In this document: positions 39,641-47,800 of the stretch, one piece after another
Position numbering within the stretch: position 1 is the first letter of the stretch
Layout of the letters: each line of letters opens with the position of its first letter
Assembly (NCBI GenBank): GCA_934157235.1
Contig: CAKPHH010000003.1
Coordinates: 39,975-103,974 of the forward strand
Source: an uncultured Bacilli bacterium
GTDB lineage: Bacteria > Bacillota_I > Bacilli_A > RF39 > UBA660
Length of the DNA stretch: 64,000 bases
Direction: 5' to 3'
Made by a program: the position numbers and the translations under genes
The notes under the pieces: model-generated
Database searches by the model: none
Told to the model about the DNA's origin: nothing
What the model saw: the letters and a program-made list of their open reading frames with translations, nothing else

Positions 39641-39649
39641 ATTATACCA
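39641..39649 (-). promoter_or_regulatory. Extended -10 promoter element (TGGTATAAT) for the 229-aa gene
   Basis: Minus strand reads TGGTATAAT about 20 nt upstream of the AGGAGG RBS. The -35 element is poor. Confidence 0.45.
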
Positions 39650-39704
39650 TAATTTGATAATATAATTGCTGCATAATAAAAGATATTGACTATTTCATCA
39701 ATAC

Positions 39705-40874
39705 CTAATTTTTAAATAATTCTTTCCATTTCTTTATATTTTCTTCATCCTCATCACTTAATAAATACTTCATAATCATTTTAGATAAATTATCTATATC
39801 TTCCTGCTTATGTAACACATGTATTTTTCTATGACAATTTGGACATATAGCTACTGTATTGTATATAGCATCAGGACCATTTTCAGCTAATGTTATTACG
39901 TGATGTGACTCAAGATATGGCCTGCCATTTTTATCCTTAAATGGTGCTTCTTTACCACATAAATCACATATACCATTTGCTCTTTCTTTTGTGTACTCTG
40001 CTATATACTGATTTCTTTCTCTATACGTTGTTTTTACCTCTTTAGTGTACACATTATCAGTCTCTGCTATTTTAGCTCTTTTCTTAATTTCTGCTACGTT
40101 AAACTTTCTTACTTCTTTTATTTTTTCGCTTTCGCTTTTTTCAATGTCTTCAATATCAATTATTATCGGTTTAGATTGATCAATTCTTTTTAATGGAAAT
40201 TTAATTACTTTTCTTATTATTCCATTAATATCAGCTTCCTCAGATTGATATGGTGTTCCTGCTAATTCAACTTCTCCATCATAATAGTATTCGTTATCTT
40301 TATATGATTCGAATAAGTATACTTTTATTCCTTCACGTTTAGCTATTGTTAAAGTTTTGTTCTGAGCAAATGCAATACTTTGATCATTCTCTGTTCCCAT
40401 TCCTGTATAATTTAAAATGCCATCATCTGTCCATTGATCATCATATAAAGGATTATTATGCTTTGCAATTAATACTAATGAATTAGTATCTTTAGACCTT
40501 CTCATTCCACCCATGTTTGAACATTTAAATGTATTAGCTATCTCACTATTTGAATATACATTTCCTACTATTAAATCATTTATCCCATAATAATGGCTCA
40601 TTTCATCTGGATAATTGTCTTTTAGGTAATCTGCTAATGATTCATTACTTAAAATACCATTTTGCTCTAAGAATATAAAATCATCTGCATACTTATGATT
40701 TCCACCTTTAAATTTCAAAAAATGTTCATACATATTTCCTGTATATTTTATATACTTAATTCTACTATACTCCACTTGTATTCTCTTCTTAAATTTTTCA
40801 TACTCTGGATGATTATTTATAAATTCTAAAGCTTTATCAAAATTATCAAAAACGAATTTAACTCCTTTATCCAT
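39705..40874 (-). CDS. Putative modification-dependent (type IV-like) nuclease: unknown N-domain + SRA/YDG-like reader + McrA-type HNH
   Basis: The C-terminus CDLCGKEAPFKDKNGRPYLESHHVITLAENGPDAIYNTVAICPNCHRKIH is an HNH motif. The middle GGMRRSKDTNSLVLIAKHNNPLYDDQWTDDGILNYTGMGTENDQSIAFAQNKTL...KVYLFE resembles SRA-like domains of SRA-HNH enzymes; that domain call is an inference. Confidence 0.65.
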   Translation of the reverse strand: MDKGVKFVFDNFDKALEFINNHPEYEKFKKRIQVEYSRIKYIKYTGNMYEHFLKFKGGNHKYADDFIFLEQNGILSNESLADYLKDNYPDEMSHYYGINDLIVGNVYSNSEIANTFKCSNMGGMRRSKDTNSLVLIAKHNNPLYDDQWTDDGILNYTGMGTENDQSIAFAQNKTLTIAKREGIKVYLFESYKDNEYYYDGEVELAGTPYQSEEADINGIIRKVIKFPLKRIDQSKPIIIDIEDIEKSESEKIKEVRKFNVAEIKKRAKIAETDNVYTKEVKTTYRERNQYIAEYTKERANGICDLCGKEAPFKDKNGRPYLESHHVITLAENGPDAIYNTVAICPNCHRKIHVLHKQEDIDNLSKMIMKYLLSDEDEENIKKWKELFKN

Positions 40875-40876
40875 AA

Positions 40877-41263
40877 TTACATCTCCTTAACAAATTTGGC
40901 TAGTGGTATATCTGCTTGTGCTAAATCATAATCTAATAAATCTTTCTTATCCACCCATTTATATTCAGAATGATCATGTAAATGAAAATCACCTGACATA
41001 TAAGTACAACTATACAATTTTAAATCAACTGTCTTTTGAGGGTATTTGCACACATTATTTACTAAGAATTTATTTGCATGAACTTCTAATTCAAACTCTT
41101 CTTTAATTTCTCTTTCTATTGCGATTTTTTCATCTTCGTCTTGTTTTACTTTACCGCCAGGAAATTCCCACTTTCCTAATACATTAGGATCGCCTGTGGA
41201 ACGTTTAGCTATTAATACTTTATTATTTTTTTCTATTAAAGCTGCCACAACATTTATAATCAT
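40877..41263 (-). CDS. MutT/NudG-like NUDIX (d)NTP pyrophosphohydrolase
   Basis: The Nudix box LGKWEFPGGKVKQDEDEKIAIEREIKEEFEL is the MutT-subfamily signature. The ATG at 41263 is preceded by AGGTGG at 5 nt. Its stop lies 2 nt upstream of the next ATG. Confidence 0.85.
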   Translation of the reverse strand: MIINVVAALIEKNNKVLIAKRSTGDPNVLGKWEFPGGKVKQDEDEKIAIEREIKEEFELEVHANKFLVNNVCKYPQKTVDLKLYSCTYMSGDFHLHDHSEYKWVDKKDLLDYDLAQADIPLAKFVKEM

Positions 41264-41290
41264 TGCTACCACCTATAATTATTATAACAC

Positions 41291-41313
41291 AGAAAAAGCT
41301 CATTAAATGAGCT
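41291..41313 (-). terminator. Rho-independent terminator after the truncated HNH gene
   Basis: Minus strand reads AGCTCAT-TTA-ATGAGCT followed by TTTTTCTG. Confidence 0.6.
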
Positions 41314-41321
41314 ATATTAAA

Positions 41322-41771
41322 TTATGCTAATAAATAATTTTTTCTTCTATATTCTATTGCATCTACATCAGGGTAATTATTTTCATCTTCTGGTAATTTT
41401 ATTATTTTATTATTAATTCTAGATAGAATTCCTGTTTTGTCTTTTACTCTATCACTTTCGGTTACTACAACTTTTAAATCACCTTCATCAGTATATTCAA
41501 ATGCAAATAACTTTTTATCAAACATTCTATGCATCTCTACTGATAAAGCAATCCCATTGTTAACTGAAAATGATCCAGAATCACTATATGGAATTATATG
41601 AGCAGCCTCTAACAAATAAGTTGTTGAATTATAATTTTTAATTTCTATTGATTTTCCTGTTATAGCACATTGATAACCATATGCTTTTAGGACTTCTTCT
41701 CTGAATCTTCTTTGTTCTTCTGCCGATCTTCCTGTTACTCTTACATCATCATAAGATAATTCAGTTTGAAT
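41322..41771 (-). pseudogene. 5'-truncated HNH endonuclease gene (HNH_2 / AAHIxP type)
   Basis: The frame is open from 41771 (IQTELSYDDVRVTGRSAEEQRRFREEVLKAYGYQCAITGKSIEIKNYNSTTYLLEAAHIIPYSDSG...NGIALSVEMHRMFDKKLF) with no ATG. The track ORF begins at an internal TTG. An in-frame stop lies at 41772-41774. Confidence 0.6.
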
Positions 41772-41824
41772 TTAAATTAAAATTAAGAGAAGATGAGAAT
41801 ACTAATAATGTAACTTTTGAAGAA

Positions 41825-42748
41825 ATGATTAGAATGTTTATTGATTTTAGAAAAGATAAAGTTAAGGAAAATACATTATATGGTTACAACAATAAATTAC
41901 CTTATTTAAAATCACTATATAAAGTTAAACTTAAAGATTTTAACTACCCTACTTTTGAAAGATGGCATGATGAAATAAATAGTACTCATCTTGCTACAAG
42001 AACTAAAAATGACATATATAAATTATCAAAAACTATTTTAAATTATGTTACTGCATGGTATGAGTTTAACTTTGCTAAGGTATATCCTAAAATGTATAAC
42101 TTTAATGATCCTAATGAATTCCCAAAAGAACAGTTATTTTTTACTTATGAAGAATTCAAACAATTTCTTTCTGTTGAAACTGATATCAAATGGATTGGTA
42201 TTTTTGAGATATTATATTACTGTGGATTAAGACGTGGAGAGCTTAGAGGATTGCAATGGAAAGATATCAATTTTAAAGATAGAACTTTAAGTATAACAAA
42301 GCAAATTAATGACCGTTGCGGATCCGTTAAAAACTGGCGATTCTCGGTTTCTAAAACTAAAAGTAGTATAAGAATATTAAAGATGCATCAAGTCCTCACA
42401 AATGACCTTAAAATGATGAAAAGCGAGGCAGAAAAGGTTCCTGGATTTAATGATAATTTCTTTGTCGCAGGAGATATGCTTCCAGTATGCAGTAATACAC
42501 TTACTAATCATAAAAATGTTAATTGTAAATTAGTTGATGTTAAACAGATCCGATTACATGATTTCAGACATTCTTGTGCATCTCTTCTGGTTAATAAAGG
42601 AGCTAACGTTCAAGTAGTAGCAAAATACTTAGGCCATACAAAAGTTGAAGAAACTTTAAAAACTTATTCACACCTATTTACAAGCACTTTGGATGAAGTC
42701 GTTGCCGTAATAGATAACTTAGACAATAATAAAACCGATGATGTTTAG
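41825..42748 (+). CDS. Tyrosine recombinase (phage-integrase family), probably 5'-truncated
   Basis: Catalytic residues in GLRRGEL (R), HDFRHS (H-x-x-R), LGH and TYSHL (Y). The ORF begins inside the SAM-like core-binding region (VTFEEMIRMFIDFRKDKVKENTLYGY). No arm-binding N-domain or RBS is seen upstream. Confidence 0.75.
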   Translation: MIRMFIDFRKDKVKENTLYGYNNKLPYLKSLYKVKLKDFNYPTFERWHDEINSTHLATRTKNDIYKLSKTILNYVTAWYEFNFAKVYPKMYNFNDPNEFPKEQLFFTYEEFKQFLSVETDIKWIGIFEILYYCGLRRGELRGLQWKDINFKDRTLSITKQINDRCGSVKNWRFSVSKTKSSIRILKMHQVLTNDLKMMKSEAEKVPGFNDNFFVAGDMLPVCSNTLTNHKNVNCKLVDVKQIRLHDFRHSCASLLVNKGANVQVVAKYLGHTKVEETLKTYSHLFTSTLDEVVAVIDNLDNNKTDDV

Positions 42749-42762
42749 TCACCGGTTATTTT

Positions 42763-44559
42763 TTAATTATAGTAATTATTTAAATAATCATATATTTTTT
42801 CAAATGATTTTTTTACATCATTTGGGATATTAATTTCTTTATTACACATAAGTAGTTCTTGTATCGCTTTATTATAAAGATTTTTTGTATATTTTTGTTT
42901 ATCTGGAAAACAACTCTTCTCAATAAAAAGTTTTATTTTATTATCTAAGATCGATTCCATATTTTTCTTTTTCCAAGAAGAATCTATATCATTTAAAGTT
43001 ATTATTTTTCCTTCTACTATAGCTCCAAATTGATCTTCATATCTTTTTTTACTTGTCTTTCCAGCATCATCTGAATCAAGTAAAACAATAAAGTTCTTTC
43101 CCCATCCATTATACAATGAAATTAATGTATCAACATTATTACAACTCATTCCAGGAATCAAGTGAAGATCTTCTCTTTTTAAGATTACTTTAAAGAAATA
43201 ATTAAGTACATAATAATCAGTTTTGCCCTCTACAATAATAGCATTATTACACATATCAAGTTCATTAGGAACATATTCCAATACATCTAAAATTGGTTGA
43301 AAATAGCTCACCCTTTGAGGATATTGATCAACAAACTGTCTGTAACGATATAGTCTAATATTTGTATTCTTTGCCTCGTAGTCTTCTTCACCACCATCAT
43401 AAGCATCGTTTGTAACAATATATGCACCCTCAAGCCAATTAGGATTAATAAGATGTTGGCTGTGTGTTGTATAAATTATTGTACATTTATCACTAATTGT
43501 TTCTAAATTTTTTATTAGTTGTTTTTGAGCTTTTTGAGATAAATTTGCAGCAGGTTCGTCAAATAAAAATATTATATGTTTATCTTCATTTTTTCTGTAT
43601 CCTCTAAATTGTGTTAAAAGAAGGAATACAAAGAACCATCTAAAGCCCTGAGAACGTTCACTTAAATGGAAATAACCATCATCACCCTCAATTTTAAATT
43701 CAATAAATACTCCTATTTGATCTTTATCAATTTCAACTGATATGCCTTTGGCTTTGTTCGTTAAAACCATAGACCATTCTTCTAAAATAACTTGAGATAA
43801 CTTTCGCCCCATCAGTAAACAAACTTGTTTTAAATTATCCCTATCATTTTTATCTTCAGATTTAATTCTATCAATTAAATGTTCCTTAATATTTAATGAT
43901 CCACCTAGCGAATCTAAAACATCCTGTACAACTAAACTATAGAACCTGTTCTTATAATCATTTTCAGGTATAGGATCCAAGTATATTTTATCTGGTAAAT
44001 CAAATAATGCTGAAGGAAAATATAATAGTTTTGGCATTTTTGTTTTTAACATATCCACTGCTTTTTTCCGTTCTTCTTCTCCAAGCTCTGCTAATTTTTT
44101 TGAGCTTGAACCTTTAGGCTTTCCAATTAACTTTAAATCCCATTTTTGAGTAGTACCCTCGTATTTAGAGTTTTTATAATTATATAATTGCTCTATTTTT
44201 ATTTCATCAACATTTTCACATAAAATAAAATTACAATTATTTTCCAGAAATTTCTTTAATTCTACCTTATCACTTTCTTCCAATAATAATGTAGTAATAA
44301 TTTTTATACTACCATTAAAGTTTGTTCTATCTTTAACAGGTATTATTTCTTCTGGTGTTGGAATGATAGCATTGCTAATAGTAGATAACTGTTTTTCTTC
44401 ATTATATTCAAATGAATTCATGGCCTCTAATATAGTCGTTTTACCGCTTTCATTAATACCTACTAAAGTAAACACATTATTACGTGGAGAGCTTTCCAAA
44501 GATAAATTAATTTTTTCAATACCTTTAAAGTTTTGTGCTTCTATTTCTTTTAGCCTCAT
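42763..44559 (-). CDS. OLD-family / PARIS-like ABC-type ATPase fused to a TOPRIM nuclease domain (stand-alone)
   Basis: Walker A GINESGKTT, signature-like LSERSQGFRWFF, Walker B IIFLFDEP and H-loop YTTHS. The C-terminal TOPRIM has IIVEGKTDYYVL (Glu) and VLLDSDDAGK (DxD). GGAGGA RBS is present. Confidence 0.75.
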   Translation of the reverse strand: MRLKEIEAQNFKGIEKINLSLESSPRNNVFTLVGINESGKTTILEAMNSFEYNEEKQLSTISNAIIPTPEEIIPVKDRTNFNGSIKIITTLLLEESDKVELKKFLENNCNFILCENVDEIKIEQLYNYKNSKYEGTTQKWDLKLIGKPKGSSSKKLAELGEEERKKAVDMLKTKMPKLLYFPSALFDLPDKIYLDPIPENDYKNRFYSLVVQDVLDSLGGSLNIKEHLIDRIKSEDKNDRDNLKQVCLLMGRKLSQVILEEWSMVLTNKAKGISVEIDKDQIGVFIEFKIEGDDGYFHLSERSQGFRWFFVFLLLTQFRGYRKNEDKHIIFLFDEPAANLSQKAQKQLIKNLETISDKCTIIYTTHSQHLINPNWLEGAYIVTNDAYDGGEEDYEAKNTNIRLYRYRQFVDQYPQRVSYFQPILDVLEYVPNELDMCNNAIIVEGKTDYYVLNYFFKVILKREDLHLIPGMSCNNVDTLISLYNGWGKNFIVLLDSDDAGKTSKKRYEDQFGAIVEGKIITLNDIDSSWKKKNMESILDNKIKLFIEKSCFPDKQKYTKNLYNKAIQELLMCNKEINIPNDVKKSFEKIYDYLNNYYN

Positions 44560-44581
44560 AGATATCCTCCTTTTAAAAAAA

Positions 44582-44605
44582 AAATTCTATAATTATATAG
44601 AATTT
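44582..44605. promoter_or_regulatory. Perfect 10-4-10 palindrome (AAATTCTATA-ATTA-TATAGAATTT) overlapping a TATAAT box upstream of the OLD-like gene
   Basis: Read directly from the sequence, about 12 nt upstream of the GGAGGA RBS. On the minus strand the palindrome contains TATAAT. Confidence 0.5.
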
Positions 44606-44692
44606 CTATGATTACATTATACTACTTTTTTCGCTAAATGTCTTCTTTTTTTACATTACTTTTTATCTAAAACATCTCCACTATTTAACAAA

Positions 44693-44723
44693 ACTTGTTT
44701 CCGAGTTGTTCCCAAGAATTATT
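44693..44723 (+). repeat. Right boundary repeat: ACTTGTTTCCGAG-TTGTTCCCAAG-AATTATT (two 11-mers)
   Basis: Read directly from the sequence. It aligns with 38888-38929 apart from one missing 11-mer unit and a few mismatches. Confidence 0.9.
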
Positions 44724-44747
44724 TGCAAGCCTATATATGCTTGCAAA
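44722..44747 (-). terminator. Hairpin (probable terminator) downstream of the autolysin gene, abutting the right repeat
   Basis: 9-bp stem TTTGCAAGC / GCTTGCAAA with an 8-nt loop. On the minus strand it is followed by UAAUUCUU, a weak U tract. Confidence 0.45.
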
Positions 44748-44806
44748 CCCTTATAAACACCGGCTTAAATCAATTCCAATTTTTCGTTGGATGTGGCAGG
44801 GGGATC

Positions 44807-47800
44807 TTAACTAACTGTTAATTCGATATTATTACCATTTTTAGTATCTAGCTTTAACTGATAGTTTTTGTCGTTTATAGTTGCTTTCTTAGCACTTAAA
44901 TCTCGTCTTAAGTTATCAGTTAATTCAGCTATATCTACTTTATTGGACTTTGTTGTGATAAAGATGGAATAAGTACCTTTTTCAAGTTTGCTTAAATCTA
45001 CTTTTGCATCATACCAAGCTCTTGTTTTATCTAAATTATCAGATTCTGGTAAGGCAACTTTATATAGACCATTGGTGATACTTCCTAAGTCAAAGGAGTA
45101 AGTCTTTAGAGTGGATTTATTTTCAAAGATTATTTTTCGTTCTACTTTAGCAGTTGGTGATAAATCCATACCGTATGAATATGAAACTCCTTTTAGATGT
45201 AATTTTCCGTCGACAAATTCTAGGGTTCTCCAAGTATCAAATTGATTATAATAACTACCTACTGTCTTTGTTGGAAAATCATCTCTTATATATAAAGTTA
45301 CAGCAGAGGTTTTATTTCCATAATTATTCTTTATTGAGACTGTTGTTTTAGTTGTTTCATGTCCAGTTACTTCAGTCTTATATAGTTTATTAGTTACTAG
45401 TACTTTACTATAGTTTTTATCTGATTCGGCAATGATATACATAGTATAATTAGCTCTTGGAAGAGAATCTATATCAATATCAATATAGAACCAAGAATGA
45501 GTATATTTATGGCCATCAGGTGAGGAAATTGGTCTTGTGATACCAGTTAAATCCTTTATCCTTGTCGCATTTTGTTCAAATGACTTACCAGCTTCATCTA
45601 CGAAGCGAATTTTATAACTAATATTTTCATTTAAAGTGTTATCCATACCATCTATAGTTAGATAGCCTCTTAATTGAAGTTTATTATTTACTTCTTTTAA
45701 ATAATCGAAATAGAATCTTCCATCTGTTTTTATTAATTTCTTTTCAGTTACGGTAACTTTTATTTCTTTAGTTACTTTGTTACCATATGTATCTGCTACT
45801 TCATAAATGATTTTATACTCACCTATTTTAGTAATATCTACAGTATCGGCAATTGCTTTTACTTTTTTACTAATATCTCCATCTTCTGGATCAGTAGCTC
45901 TTACACCATCTAATCTATTGAAATCTTCATTTAGATATACTATTTTATCAGTAGCAATGATAGTTGGTAGTTGATTGGCAACTACTGTTACATTTATTGT
46001 TTTGGTTATGGTTTGTTTATAACTATCTGTTGCTTGATATGTTACTTGATAAGTTCCTACTTTATCGATATCAACTTTATTATCTGAAACTGTTACTTCT
46101 AGTTTTCCATCTTCTTCATCTGTTGCGGTTGCGTATTTTTTAGGATCAAATGGTAGTCCTTGAGTTATTACTATATTTTCAGCAGTTATAACAGGTTTTT
46201 TATTTTCTGTTACTGTTATTGTAATTGTTAGTGTAGTTGATTTATTTTTACTATCAGTTGCTTGATATGTTACTTGATAAGTTCCTACTTTATCAATATC
46301 AAGATTAGAATTAAGAACGATTACTTTTGCTTTTCCATCTTCTTTATCTGTTGCACTTACACCATTTAATAAATCTATTTTTGTTCCTTGAACTATTGTC
46401 TTTTCACTAGCATGAATTACTGGAGGAGTATTATCTGTTTCATATTTAGATACTGTAAAGCCGGCATCGTTAGTTTTAGCTAAAACCCAACCATACACAT
46501 TAGTATTACCGGTTAAATTTACAGGAATTTTATACCATAACCTGCCATCTACTGTTTTTTGTTCAAAGATTGGAACATAAGAATTATGATATAGTCCAGA
46601 GATGACATTGGTTGTTAATTCGATTGGTTCAGAATTTACTTCATTATAGTAGCAGCCATCTAAGTTCATGTACATTTTACCATATTCAGAAGTTATAAAA
46701 TCAAGAGAATCGGCGCTAACCCAATCTTTTTGATCTTTAAAGTAATCTGAGGTTACAAGATATGAAACTGGCTTATTATTTTCATAAGCTGCGGCATAGA
46801 CCATAACATAACGATCTTTTAAAACTGTTAGGCCTTTTTTAGTTTGAAGAGCAGAATCATAATAATATGGTGTATTTTTGATAGTTTTAGCAACTTTTGG
46901 TTTTAAGATATTATTACTATCATATAAATCATATTTATAATATTTATCAATATATTCTGTTACATCATTTGGTGATATATAACCATTTTTACCTTTATTG
47001 ATTTTTAAAACATAAGCAGCAGGAACATAGACATAGGAATTCCAGTTATAGTCTCCTGATGTTATTTCATTAAAGTTAGAATCAATATTTAAATCACTGA
47101 CTACTTTATACCATGTTGTATTTCCGTTTATTGATTGACCTTTTTTTTCTCCTATTATTACTAGAGCATCTCCAGCTTCTGTGTACTTATAAACAAACTT
47201 GGCACTATTAGTAGCATCACTTCTAGTATCAACAGAAGCAGTTACAACGCCTAGTTGATAGAAGTTATAATCTTGAAGTCCTTTTGCTTTATCCATGCTG
47301 TAATAACTAGCGGCCATTTTCTCACTCCAGTAAGGATCAGAGGCATACTTTACATTTTGACCCAATCTTTTATCTCCAAACTGGGAACCAAAATATTTCC
47401 AAGATCTTGGATGAGAAAAGCCATAGGTTACATAAGTTGAAGCATAGCCTAAGATACTACTAGCAAATGATGCATACCAGTTAGCGCCCTCTATAGGATT
47501 TGTGTCAACGGCATTTAAACCAAAGCCATTATTATTGACAATGGCTAGGTAACTACGACCATGACCAGTTTCATTTCTACTTAAACTTAGAGATAAAATT
47601 GCGTTTACGCCATATTTTTCTTGAGCATAATAGAAAAATTGACCTTTTCCATACAACCTTGAATTACCATTTCTTGAAGCTTTACCATAGGAGTCTTGAG
47701 TAATACCCATGTTATTACGAATATATTCATCAATATTAGCTGAAGAGTAACTTGTTCTACTATGATTTGATAAATACATGTAATAGTTATAGTAAGGATT

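Larger units (their letters stand above)
38888..44723. mobile_element. Decayed integrative (defence) islet of ~5.8 kb, bounded by imperfect direct repeats
   Basis: Direct repeats lie at 38888-38929 and 44693-44723, and a tyrosine-recombinase gene remnant sits inside. The cargo is nuclease/ATPase/NUDIX genes unrelated to the flanking envelope genes. The islet lies between the terminators of the PASTA and autolysin genes. Confidence 0.6.

Noticed and set aside
42763-44559. Gabija (GajA/GajB) assignment for the ATPase-TOPRIM gene.
   Set aside because: No UvrD-like helicase gene is adjacent on either side. The downstream neighbour is a convergent integrase remnant, and upstream is the islet boundary.
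38928-44559. Prophage or restriction-modification system interpretation of the islet.
   Set aside because: There are no capsid, tail, terminase, repressor or lysis genes, and no DNA methyltransferase or specificity subunit. At 5.8 kb it is too small for a prophage.
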